Assembly: GCA_018817515.1 (NCBI GenBank) | Contig: JAHIUD010000044.1 | Coordinates: forward strand, 7,031 to 71,030 | DNA: 64,000 bases | Source of the DNA: Pseudomonadota bacterium | GTDB taxonomy: Bacteria > Desulfobacterota > Desulfovibrionia > Desulfovibrionales > Desulfovibrionaceae | Reading direction: 5' to 3' | Shown: piece after piece, positions 34,281 through 42,851 of the stretch | Layout: every line of letters starts with the position of its first letter | Position numbering within the stretch: position 1 is the stretch's first letter | Program-made: the position numbers and the translations under genes | Notes under the pieces: generated by a model | Database searches by the model: none | What the model was told of the DNA's origin: nothing | The model's input: only the letters and a program-made list of their open reading frames with translations

Positions 34281-37081
34281 GCCTGCTGCCGGATCAGGAA
34301 GAAGAGGTTCACGGGCGTGACCTCGCCGCCCAGCAGGCCGGTCATGGCGGGAGTCTCCTCCTTGCCGTTCAGCGTTTCATAGACCAAGAGGGAGCGCACG
34401 GCCTTCTGGGTGTCGAAGGTGCCGCCCTTCTTGGCGTACTCGAACCCGGCACGGGCCCGTTTCTCATCGATGGGGGCCGTGGACTTGGCGAACTCGTAGT
34501 GGATGTCGCTCTTGGCGATGTGCTCGCGCAGGAAATCGTAAGCCTTGAGCACGGGCTCCTTGAACTGCCCGGTGATGAGCGCAATCTCCAGCCAGGACTC
34601 CAGGCCGTAGGCCTGGTAGTGCAGCGAGTTGCGCTCCTTGTGGTCCAAGGTCTCGCCCGTGGTCGCGTCGATGTTGGTCTTGAGGTGCGCCTGGGCCTCG
34701 GCCAAGGCCTTGTCGTAGGTGGCGTGGTCGTCCAGGGCGCGCGCCAGGAGCAGAAGCATCTTGATCTGGTGGGTGCGGTAGTTGTTGAACTGGCTCTTCT
34801 CGCCGTACTTCCAGGCCAGCTTGGCGTCGCGCATGCGCGCGAACCAGCCGAGCACGCTGGCGCGGTCCTGCTCGCTCATGTCGCAGCGCGCCAGGTCAAA
34901 GGCGTAGACCATCTTGTCCAGGCGCGTCTCGTCGATGGGATGTCCGGTGGGCTTGTTGGTCTTGGCCCAGGCCAGCAGGATGGCCGTGGCCCGGTCCAGG
35001 TACTTGCGCTCGCCCAGGACCCGGAAGGCCAGGGCCAGGTTCGCGGCGTTGTCGGCGTCCTGGAAGGCGCGGCGCGAGGCCATGAAGTCCGGGTCGTTCT
35101 TGTCCGTCTGGCCTGCGCTTTTGAGCGTGGCCACCGGGACCGGGGCCTTGTTCACGGCCTTTTCGGCCTCTGCGGCCAGTTGGGCGCGCGCGGGTGCGCT
35201 CAGGCTCTCGGGCTTGATCTGTGTGGAGAAGTGGCCCGGCCAGAGCAGGGACAGGTTGTCCTTGCAGGAGGTGGCGGCATCGGGCCAGACAGCGGCCCTG
35301 GTTGCGTTCTGCTGCCCGGACACGGGCACCAGCACTTGAGTTCCGGCCTCGGTCCGCTTGCTGGTGGGGCCCTGCATGCGCACAACCTCCCGGTATTCAT
35401 AACTCATGGCCTGGTTGACGGCCTTGGCTTCCTCGGCCTTGTCTGCGTCGGAGCGGAAGAAATTGAACAGGCTGGCCAGCAGCCGGTTCGAAGGGTTGCG
35501 GGAGAAGTTCACGGTGCACGGGGTGCCGGTCTCGATGTCCTTGACCTCGACATTGCGCCCGTCCTTGACGAAGAACAGCGTGGCCACGGCGGTGCGGTCC
35601 ACGGTGGTGCGCCAGTGATAGCGGCTGTCGGTTTCGTTGATGAACCCTCGCGAGCGGTCGATCTGGATGACCCGGGCCTCACGCTCGATGTTGAGCGAGG
35701 GGATGAAGACCTTGGCCACGGAGCCCAGGCGCACCTGGGTGGACTCGGCCTGGGTCAGGAATACCTCCAGGTAGCGGCTGTCGGAGCGCTCGAGCACGGC
35801 CAGATTGTCGCCGCGGTCCACGGTGTTGCCGGGGGTCTTGAGCACGCGCACCACATGGCCGTCAAAGGGCGCGCGCAGGATGAGCTCGCCGCCATTTTCG
35901 CCGTCATTCGGGCCGCCGTTCCCGCCGCCGACTCCACGGCCTGCGTTGCCCAGGCCGCTTTCCAGCTCGGCCACGCTTTTGCGCGCGGCCTCGATCTCGC
36001 CATTGAGGCCATAGCCCCGGCCCTCGATGCGGTCGCCGGAGAAGAACAGCCCGGAGCGGTTGAGTCCGCTTATGGCGACATGCGCGACACGCAGGTCGTT
36101 CTTGGCCAGGGCCAGGTCGTTCTCCAGCTTCTCCACCAGCTGCTGTGAGGATTCCAGCTCGGACTTGCTGATGACTCCCTGAGACTCCAGGGCCCTTTTT
36201 CGCTTGAGGTCATTCTTGGCCAGGGCGAGGTCCTGGCCCACGGCGGTGACGCGGTCCGAGGCGCTGGTCAGGCGCGAGTCGCCGACCTTGCCGTAGATGC
36301 CGCGGGCGGCATGTTCCGCGTTGCGTTGCGCCAGCAGGGTCTCCAGGCGGTAGCGGGCCGTGTTCAGGGCGATGAGGGCGTTGTAGCCAGCGCCGCCGTT
36401 GTTGGCGCCCTGCCCCATGAGCTTGATGACCGGCTCGCCCAGTTTGACGCTGCGGTCCACCGGGATAATGAGCCGTTCGAAGATGCCCGACACCGGAGCC
36501 ACAAGGGGTTCTGTGGGGGCAACGACGACCCCTGCCTCCACTTCGATGCGCATGAAGTTGGCGTAGAGCGTGATGCCGATGTAGGTGAGGATGCCGCCGC
36601 CCAGCAGCAGGTACATGAGCAGGATGAGCATGCGCTTGGTGCTGCGGTGTGCCGGAACGGTATTGGCCTCTTCCACGAGGTCCATGTCCACGGGGGTGAC
36701 GGGCATGTCCACCCGACGGATGGCGTCCTGGAAGCAGGCCATCTCGCCGGCGAGCAGCCCTTCGCTGAAGTACTTGAGCAATTCGAGGTTTTCTTCGCTG
36801 ATGTCCTCGAACTGCACCGCCAACATTCCGTCACCGTCGCGCGGTGCGCGGACCACCTTGGAGGCCTGGCTGAAACTGATGTTGAAACCGCGAAAGTCGA
36901 TGAGTAGCTTGGGATTGAAGATCTCGTCCTTCTTCAATATCCCTTGGTAGCCATCCAGGCGGAAGCCACCCATGCTCCAGTCCGCAGCCTTGTACAGCTT
37001 CCCCTCGACCTCCACGTGAATGGGCACGGAGAGGCGGTAGTGGAGCCGCTGGCTGGGTGTTTCTCGCGTTACTTCAGGCAC
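34268..37081 (-). CDS. Alg44-like PilZ / TM / HlyD-type periplasmic adaptor fused to a C-terminal alginate-lyase-like (PL5/AlgL-type) domain
   Basis: PilZ motifs RLHYR and DWSMGG, plus LLKYFSEGLLAGE as in Alg44. One TM segment, then a coiled-coil/HlyD-like region. The C-terminal ~300 aa carry LLAW, FNNYRTHQ and ERNSLHYQAYGLESW, resembling the Alginate_lyase family. 13-nt overlap with alg8. Confidence 0.78.
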   Translation of the reverse strand: MPEVTRETPSQRLHYRLSVPIHVEVEGKLYKAADWSMGGFRLDGYQGILKKDEIFNPKLLIDFRGFNISFSQASKVVRAPRDGDGMLAVQFEDISEENLELLKYFSEGLLAGEMACFQDAIRRVDMPVTPVDMDLVEEANTVPAHRSTKRMLILLMYLLLGGGILTYIGITLYANFMRIEVEAGVVVAPTEPLVAPVSGIFERLIIPVDRSVKLGEPVIKLMGQGANNGGAGYNALIALNTARYRLETLLAQRNAEHAARGIYGKVGDSRLTSASDRVTAVGQDLALAKNDLKRKRALESQGVISKSELESSQQLVEKLENDLALAKNDLRVAHVAISGLNRSGLFFSGDRIEGRGYGLNGEIEAARKSVAELESGLGNAGRGVGGGNGGPNDGENGGELILRAPFDGHVVRVLKTPGNTVDRGDNLAVLERSDSRYLEVFLTQAESTQVRLGSVAKVFIPSLNIEREARVIQIDRSRGFINETDSRYHWRTTVDRTAVATLFFVKDGRNVEVKDIETGTPCTVNFSRNPSNRLLASLFNFFRSDADKAEEAKAVNQAMSYEYREVVRMQGPTSKRTEAGTQVLVPVSGQQNATRAAVWPDAATSCKDNLSLLWPGHFSTQIKPESLSAPARAQLAAEAEKAVNKAPVPVATLKSAGQTDKNDPDFMASRRAFQDADNAANLALAFRVLGERKYLDRATAILLAWAKTNKPTGHPIDETRLDKMVYAFDLARCDMSEQDRASVLGWFARMRDAKLAWKYGEKSQFNNYRTHQIKMLLLLARALDDHATYDKALAEAQAHLKTNIDATTGETLDHKERNSLHYQAYGLESWLEIALITGQFKEPVLKAYDFLREHIAKSDIHYEFAKSTAPIDEKRARAGFEYAKKGGTFDTQKAVRSLLVYETLNGKEETPAMTGLLGGEVTPVNLFFLIRQQAWHG

Positions 37082-37582
37082 TTGAATGAAACCTCATGTT
37101 GCTGCTAAACGTACCTTCATGTGGGGCGGAGGTGATGTCCTGTCGCCCGAGGAAATGCTAAGCAATAATCATTCCGAAGAATATGCCAGTGTTGCGGATG
37201 CCCTTACCAAACATATGCGCAAGCAGAGTGTGCGATATCCAGCCTGACCCCTGTCAAATTGTTATCGGCAGAAGCGGTGGCGACATTAGTCTTGCTGATC
37301 GATTGGCGCAAGCTGGTGGGGACCCCTCGTGCCGGAAGATTACCCGAAAGATGTGCTGCACATCCAGCTGCTGTCAAGAGGGGCTGCCGAATTCCTCTTG
37401 ACGGCGAGGCTTGGCGTGGATAAGCAACATCTTCGTAACCGCCCTGCGTGACTGGCGAACGTGGAAGAAACCACGAGGAAGCGCAGGGTGCCCTAAGCCG
37501 CTCGCCTGGGCTTGCATCCCTCGAAACAGAGGGGTGCAACACCGACACCCTCCATCCGTTGGAGGCCCATTCGGAGGCGCCC

Positions 37583-38785
37583 ATGCGACAATTCGCCCAA
37601 GCCACCACAGCCACCTTCACTGACCTGCGCCGCGACTTCTCGGTGTCTGCCGCCGTTGCCGGACTCATCGCCGTCGTCGTTTCCTATGGCGGTCCGGCAG
37701 CCATCATCTTCCAGGCCGCAGACAAGGCGGGCCTGTCCTCCGGCCAGGTCGCCAGCTGGATCTGGGCCATCTCCATCGGTTCCGGCCTGGCCGGGGTGGG
37801 TTTGAGCCTGCGCTACCGCGTGCCGGTCATCGTGGCCTGGTCCACCCCCGGCGCCGCGCTCTTGGCGGCAGGCTGGGCCGCATACTCCTACCCCGAAGCC
37901 ATCGGGGCCTTTCTGCTGGCAGGCGTCGCCATCACCATCTTCGGGGCCACGGGGCTGTTCTCCGCGCTCATGGAGCGCATCCCCAGCGCCGTGGTCGCGG
38001 CCATGCTGGCGGGCATCCTGTTTCGCTTCGGGGTGGATGTGTTCACCTCGCTGCGCGGTGCGCCCCTGCTCGTGACGCCCATGCTGGCCTGCTACCTGGC
38101 CATGAAGCGCCTCAAGCCCCGCTACGCCATCCTGACAACCCTCTGCACCGGACTGGCCGCCGCCGCCGCCCTGGGCCTGCTGCACCTGGACAGCCTGGAC
38201 GCCGCCCTGGCCCGGCCCGAGCTCACCACTCCGGTCTTCAGCCTGGGCGCGCTCATCGGCCTGGGCGTGCCGCTGTTCATGGTGACCATGACCGGCCAGA
38301 ACGCTACCGGGCTCGGCGTATTGCGCACCGCAGGCTACAAGACGCCCGGCGGACCGCTCGTGGCCGCCACCGGTATCCTGTCCACGCTGCTTGCACCCTT
38401 TGGCGCGCACGGCATCAACCTCGCCGCCATCACCGCCGCCATCTGCACCGGACCCGAGGCGCACCACAGTCCCGACCGGCGCTACGTGGCCGGCGTGGTC
38501 TGCGGACTGGCCTATCTCGTCATCGGGCTTTTCGGCGCCACGCTGGTGGGAATCTTCGCCGCCCTGCCAGCAGCGCTTGTGGCCGCCATCTCCGGGCTCG
38601 CCCTCTTCGGGGCGCTCATGGCCGGACTCACTCAGGCCATGGAGGTAGAGGCACAGCGCGAGGCCGCGCTGGTGACCTTCCTGATCACCGTGTCCGGGGT
38701 CACGCTCTGGGGCATCGGCTCGGCCTTCTGGGGACTCGTCGGCGGCGTGCTCGCCAATGCCGCCCTGACAGCGCGCCGAGGCTAG
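37583..38785 (+). CDS. benE: BenE-family benzoate/aromatic-acid membrane transporter
   Basis: Start at MRQFAQ (RBS GGAGG). About 12-TM protein with a BenE-like N-terminus (FTDLRRDFSVSAAVAGLIAVVVSYGGPAAIIFQAA). Confidence 0.82.
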   Translation: MRQFAQATTATFTDLRRDFSVSAAVAGLIAVVVSYGGPAAIIFQAADKAGLSSGQVASWIWAISIGSGLAGVGLSLRYRVPVIVAWSTPGAALLAAGWAAYSYPEAIGAFLLAGVAITIFGATGLFSALMERIPSAVVAAMLAGILFRFGVDVFTSLRGAPLLVTPMLACYLAMKRLKPRYAILTTLCTGLAAAAALGLLHLDSLDAALARPELTTPVFSLGALIGLGVPLFMVTMTGQNATGLGVLRTAGYKTPGGPLVAATGILSTLLAPFGAHGINLAAITAAICTGPEAHHSPDRRYVAGVVCGLAYLVIGLFGATLVGIFAALPAALVAAISGLALFGALMAGLTQAMEVEAQREAALVTFLITVSGVTLWGIGSAFWGLVGGVLANAALTARRG

Positions 38786-38860
38786 ACGGGAGAGAGAAAG
38801 AGAAGAAGAATAACCTCCGGTGGCCGGGGGGCCTGAGGCCCCCCGGACCCCCCCCATTAA

Positions 38861-38905
38861 GCCGAAAGGGCTGTTTCAGGAGGAACCTGAAACAGCCCTT
38901 TCGGC
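38861..38905. repeat. perfect 20-bp-stem hairpin inside the element
   Basis: gccgaaagggctgtttcagg-aggaa-cctgaaacagccctttcggc. Confidence 0.9.
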
Positions 38906-38976
38906 ATTCATTGGGGAAGCCACGGGAGAGAGTTTTCTTCCTGGCTCTTGGCTTTGTTTCCCAAAAGGGGCCAACC

Positions 38977-39018
38977 GTGTTCGGATTTTTGAGGGTCTCC
39001 CCTCGAAAATCCGAACAC
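38977..39018. repeat. 19-bp-stem hairpin (one G-U position) inside the element
   Basis: gtgttcggatttttgaggg-tctc-ccctcgaaaatccgaacac. Confidence 0.85.
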
Positions 39019-39130
39019 ATTGCCAGGGCCAAGCCAAACTGAGGCCTCTGCCCCGGCCGCCCCGGCCTGAGGCCATGCGGGGGGTCCGGGGGGACGTGTT
39101 CCCCCGGCCGCCGGAGGCTCTTGGCTCTTG

Positions 39131-39376
39131 CTAGTAGGGCAGGGAGCGCGAGCCTGGGGGAGCGATTTCCTCCCAGTCGGCGACGGGCGCGAGGTCTTGG
39201 GGCACGAATTCCCAGCGTTCGCCTTCGCGCAGGGAGTCTTCGGGGTTGTCGTCGTGGATGACGCGGTCAAGGGCTTCGGCTGCGGTGGGCAGGTCTTCTT
39301 CGACCATGGCCATGATGGTTTCGGGGTGGCGTTCGCCTTCTGGGGTGACGCGGTAGACGAGATAGAGCGTGCGCAT
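39131..39376 (-). CDS. hypothetical acidic protein (81 aa)
   Basis: Start at MRTLYLVY with RBS GGAGGGA. No recognisable family. Confidence 0.5.
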   Translation of the reverse strand: MRTLYLVYRVTPEGERHPETIMAMVEEDLPTAAEALDRVIHDDNPEDSLREGERWEFVPQDLAPVADWEEIAPPGSRSLPY

Positions 39377-39535
39377 GGTCCCTCCGGTGTGGTGTGTGTT
39401 GATCATGCCCCAGAACCGCCCCGCACGTAAAGCCCTGGGTGCTGGGCACTTGACGCATGCCACCCGGGGCTTCTAGTGTGCGCCGGACGTGTCCAGCGCC
39501 AGCGTGGTTTTGGCGCGCCAACCCTTGGAGCCCAC

Positions 39536-40672
39536 ATGCGTTTCTACGTCGTCTTCACCCTCATCTTCATGTTCATGCTCCTTGTGGTTTTGGCCCAGGT
39601 CCACCGCCAGGCCAGGCAGTCGCGGCGGGCCTATGTGCTGACGCTTCTGGGCGGGCTTTTTGTCAGTATGTTCTTGGCCAGCACCCGGCTCATGCCCGAG
39701 ACCTGGCCCATGGCCCTGGCCCGCCCGGCCTGGTGGCTGGGCTATGGGACTTTTGGCCTGGTGGCCTACATGTTTCTGTTCCAGGTCGTACTGTTTGGCA
39801 TCGAGCAGGTCTCACGGCTGGTCTTTCCTCCTTTGGCGCCTCGCTTGCGTTCGCCGCGGGCCCTGCTGGCGGTGATCGTCCTGACGCTGCTGACGGTGGG
39901 CTGGGGCGTGTTTGAGGGGGGCGATGTGCGCGTGCTCTCGCGGCAGATCAGCTCGTCCAAGGTGCTGCGGCCCGTGCGGGTGCTGGTCATCAGCGACCTG
40001 CACCTGGGCGCGCTGACCCTGGACTCCCGGCTGGAGTCCCTGGTGCGGCTGGTGAAGGGCCAGGACCCGGATCTGGTGCTGCTGGTGGGCGACATCGTCA
40101 ACGACCATCCCGAGTCTTTGGAGCCGCAGGCCGCCATGTTGCGGAGCCTGAAGCCGCGCCTGGGCATGTTTGGTGTGTTCGGCAATCATGAGCGCTACGA
40201 GGGTGACGCCAGAAGCGCCCAGGTCTTCCGCTGGGCCGGGGCCGAGCTGTTGCGCGGTCGGCTGGTCGATCTGCCGGGCACGGGTATGGAACTGCTGGGC
40301 GTGGACGACCCGGGCCGTTCGGGCGACGTCGGCGGGGTCGTCGCGCAGGAGATCCGCGCCCTGGCGCGGGACATCGACCCGGCGCGCTTCCACATCCTCA
40401 TGAACCACCGGCCCCTTGCCTGGCGCGAGGCCGTGCAACCGCTGGGCATCGAGGTCATGTTCTCGGGCCATACCCACCGGGGCCAGCTCTATCCGTTCTA
40501 TCTCGTGGTGAAGCTGTTCAACCCCTACATGGGCGGCTGGTACGAGGAGGGCGGCCTGCTTCTGGGTGTGAGCGCGGGCGCGGGCTTCTGGGGTCCGCCC
40601 ATGCGCGTGCTGGCCCCGCCGGACGTGCTTGTGCTCGACGTGCTTCCTGCCGCCCCGGCCGCGGTGCAGTGA
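39536..40672 (+). CDS. membrane-anchored metallophosphoesterase (YkuE/YaeI-like)
   Basis: N-terminal TM segments, then the calcineurin-like motifs ISDLHLG, GDIVND, GNHE and GHTHRGQ. Confidence 0.85.
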   Translation: MRFYVVFTLIFMFMLLVVLAQVHRQARQSRRAYVLTLLGGLFVSMFLASTRLMPETWPMALARPAWWLGYGTFGLVAYMFLFQVVLFGIEQVSRLVFPPLAPRLRSPRALLAVIVLTLLTVGWGVFEGGDVRVLSRQISSSKVLRPVRVLVISDLHLGALTLDSRLESLVRLVKGQDPDLVLLVGDIVNDHPESLEPQAAMLRSLKPRLGMFGVFGNHERYEGDARSAQVFRWAGAELLRGRLVDLPGTGMELLGVDDPGRSGDVGGVVAQEIRALARDIDPARFHILMNHRPLAWREAVQPLGIEVMFSGHTHRGQLYPFYLVVKLFNPYMGGWYEEGGLLLGVSAGAGFWGPPMRVLAPPDVLVLDVLPAAPAAVQ

Positions 40673-40713
40673 CCCCCGGGCATGGACCACGGCCGCGTTG
40701 TCGAGTAGGGTGC

Positions 40714-42186
40714 ATGTTCAAACGGTGCAACCTCCCACCTGGAGTCCCTGTGGACAGACCCGTCTCCCGACGCCTCGGCATCACCGGCAAGCTGCTGGTC
40801 TGGTGTTTGGTGCTTGTGACGATATTCTACGTCACCACCAGTCTGCTGTTCTTGCGCATCAAAAGCCTGGTCGAGGTCTCAAACGCCATCGTCAACGTCA
40901 ACTATGACATCGACAAGTCCGCCCAGCGCATGATCCAGCAGCTTTTGTCCATGGAGGAGAACCGCAAGCGCTTCGAAATATTGCAGAAGGACGCCTACAT
41001 GGAGTCCTTCCTGGCGGACATGAAGGATTTCGGCAAGACCCTGTCCAGCGTGCTGGAGCGTCACCCGGACTATCGCAAGCCCTGGCAGGAGCTCACCCAG
41101 GAGTTCACCATCGTGCTTTCACGCAGCGGCAACCCGGAAGTCGGCACCCTGCCGGACAAGACCATCACCCGCTGGCTTGAGATCCTCTCGGAAACGCGCC
41201 AGGCCAACCAGGAAGACATGGAAGAGCGCCTGACCGAGCTGGGCGCCAGGAGCCAGACGGCGGTGCGGCTGGGCTTCATCGGACTGGTGGCCAGCATCAC
41301 CATCGGCGTGCTGGGCAGCCTGCTCATCGCCTATCGTCTGAACCTCTCGCTATCGGAGATCCGCCGGGGCATCCGCGAGCTTGGCCGGGGCGAGCCCGTC
41401 CGGCCGGTGCAGGTCACCTCAACGGACGAATTGGGCGACTTGGCCCAGGCCTTCAACAGCATGACCGGCCGGCTCCAGGAAGAGGAGCGCATGCGCCAGG
41501 ATTTCATCGCCATGCTCTCGCACGAGATACGCACGCCGCTCACCAGCATCCGCGAGTCCGTGGCTCTCGTGGCCGATGGAGTCTTTGGCGAGGTCAACGA
41601 GAAACAACACCATTTTTTGGACATTTCCCGGCAGGAGGCCCTGCGGCTGACCAACCTGCTGGAGCGGTTGATGAAGGTCTCCAGCCTGGAGTCCCAGCGT
41701 CTGCGCCTGGTCACGGCGCCGCTGGATGCCTCGGCCCTGGCGCGTGGCGCCGTGGAGCGCTTGCAATCCACGGCTTTGGCCAAGAACATCACGCTGAAGA
41801 CCGAGCTGCCGGACCAGTTCGTTTTCGTGGAGGCCGACCAGGAGCATGTGACCCAGGTGCTGGCCAACCTGCTGGGCAACGCCGTGAAGTTTTCGCCCCC
41901 GGACTCCCTGGTGCGCCTGAGCGTGACGCCGGAGCCCACGGGCAACGCGGTGATCTTCTGCGTGGTCGACGAGGGGCCGGGAATAGCTGCGGAGGAGCAG
42001 GAACGCATCTTCCTCAAGTATTACCGCGAGCCCTCGGTGCGTGGCAGCGTCGCAGGCCTTGGCCTTGGCCTGTCCATCGCCAAGGGCATCGTGGAGGCGC
42101 ATGGCGGGACAATGTGGCTCAACAGCGCGCCGGGCTGCGGGTCGAGCTTTTGCTTTTCCCTTCCCAAGCCGCAGGCGATGGTATAG
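40714..42186 (+). CDS. sensor histidine kinase (2 TM, HAMP, HisKA, HATPase_c)
   Basis: H-box MLSHEIRTPLTSI, plus NLLGNAVKFS, DEGPGI and GLGLGLSIAKG. Start codon is uncertain (40714 versus 40669). Confidence 0.85.
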   Translation: MFKRCNLPPGVPVDRPVSRRLGITGKLLVWCLVLVTIFYVTTSLLFLRIKSLVEVSNAIVNVNYDIDKSAQRMIQQLLSMEENRKRFEILQKDAYMESFLADMKDFGKTLSSVLERHPDYRKPWQELTQEFTIVLSRSGNPEVGTLPDKTITRWLEILSETRQANQEDMEERLTELGARSQTAVRLGFIGLVASITIGVLGSLLIAYRLNLSLSEIRRGIRELGRGEPVRPVQVTSTDELGDLAQAFNSMTGRLQEEERMRQDFIAMLSHEIRTPLTSIRESVALVADGVFGEVNEKQHHFLDISRQEALRLTNLLERLMKVSSLESQRLRLVTAPLDASALARGAVERLQSTALAKNITLKTELPDQFVFVEADQEHVTQVLANLLGNAVKFSPPDSLVRLSVTPEPTGNAVIFCVVDEGPGIAAEEQERIFLKYYREPSVRGSVAGLGLGLSIAKGIVEAHGGTMWLNSAPGCGSSFCFSLPKPQAMV

Positions 42187-42190
42187 AAAT

Positions 42191-42838
42191 ATGGGCATGA
42201 CGAAACGTCCTTTTTTGCCTTGGCTGCCGCTTTGTCCCTCCCTTTCGGCCGCCTTTCCGGCCGTCCTGCTGGTGCTCGTCCTGGGCCTCGCGGGCTGTTC
42301 GTTTTTCGCCCCCAGGCTGGGCGAGGGCACCCAGCAGTCTGGTCCGCGTGCGGACTACGTGCTGGCCGTGGACTCGTACCTGGCCGGACAGTATGAGAAG
42401 GCCGCCAGCATTTTCCAGCGTCTCGCCGGAGAGGAGTCCGCCCCGGTGCTGGCGCGCAAGGCCTATTTCGGTCTTGCTTGCGCGCGCCTGGCCATGGCCA
42501 AGACCCCGGAAGACCTGCGCGCGGGCCTGACCCTCTGGAACACCTGGGTGCAGATGACCCCGGAGAGCCTGACCTCCGAGGACCCGCGCCTGATCACCCC
42601 GCTTTTGCCGCGCCTGTCCGCCTCAAGCAGCCAGTCCAGCCCGCCATTGCTCTCCGAGGCTGAAATCGACCGCGAGCTGGCGCGCTCCAAGCGTTTGGCC
42701 GGATGCCAGGAGGAGAGCGGCAAAACCAAGGATCTGCTGCGCCGGAAGACGGCCGAGGCCGAGGCCCTGCGCAGCCAGCTCAACGCCCTGGAGCGTTTGC
42801 ACCAGGAGATCAGCCACAAGAAGAAGGGCCTGGAGTAG
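42191..42838 (+). CDS. lipoprotein with TPR-like and coiled-coil regions, inserted between kinase and regulator genes
   Basis: Lipobox GLAGC. Start at MGMTKRP, 5 nt after the kinase stop. The C-terminal coiled coil ends 13 nt before the regulator gene. Confidence 0.65.
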   Translation: MGMTKRPFLPWLPLCPSLSAAFPAVLLVLVLGLAGCSFFAPRLGEGTQQSGPRADYVLAVDSYLAGQYEKAASIFQRLAGEESAPVLARKAYFGLACARLAMAKTPEDLRAGLTLWNTWVQMTPESLTSEDPRLITPLLPRLSASSSQSSPPLLSEAEIDRELARSKRLAGCQEESGKTKDLLRRKTAEAEALRSQLNALERLHQEISHKKKGLE

Positions 42839-42851
42839 CCTGCGCACGCCT

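Larger units (their letters stand above)
38814..39117. repeat. ~300-bp intergenic element bounded by ~40-nt imperfect terminal inverted repeats (MITE-like or structured-RNA-like)
   Basis: The left end CCTCCGGTGGCCGGGGG...CCCCCCGGACCCCCC matches the reverse complement of the right end, CCTCCGGCGGCCGGGGG...CCCCCCGGACCCCCC. It holds two long internal hairpins. CTGAGGCC occurs 3 times. Confidence 0.45.

Noticed and set aside
34265-36148. 627-aa plus-strand ORF; likewise 48453..50372, 50895..53063 and the minus-strand 57417..59468 ORFs
   Set aside because: All are mirror frames of strongly supported genes (Alg44-like, PpiD, aconitase, LivM/LivF) with low-complexity Gly/Ala/Leu/His/Arg bias.
37400-37416. 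TGGCGTGGATAAGCA upstream of benE as a sigma-54 promoter
   Set aside because: The GG-to-GC spacing is one nt short of the consensus, and the -12 element lacks TTGC.
38820-39134. 104-aa ORF and other small ORFs inside the inverted-repeat element
   Set aside because: They run through perfect long hairpins and poly-G/poly-C tracts, are Pro/Gly/Arg-rich, and have no RBS. RNA or DNA structure explains the region better.
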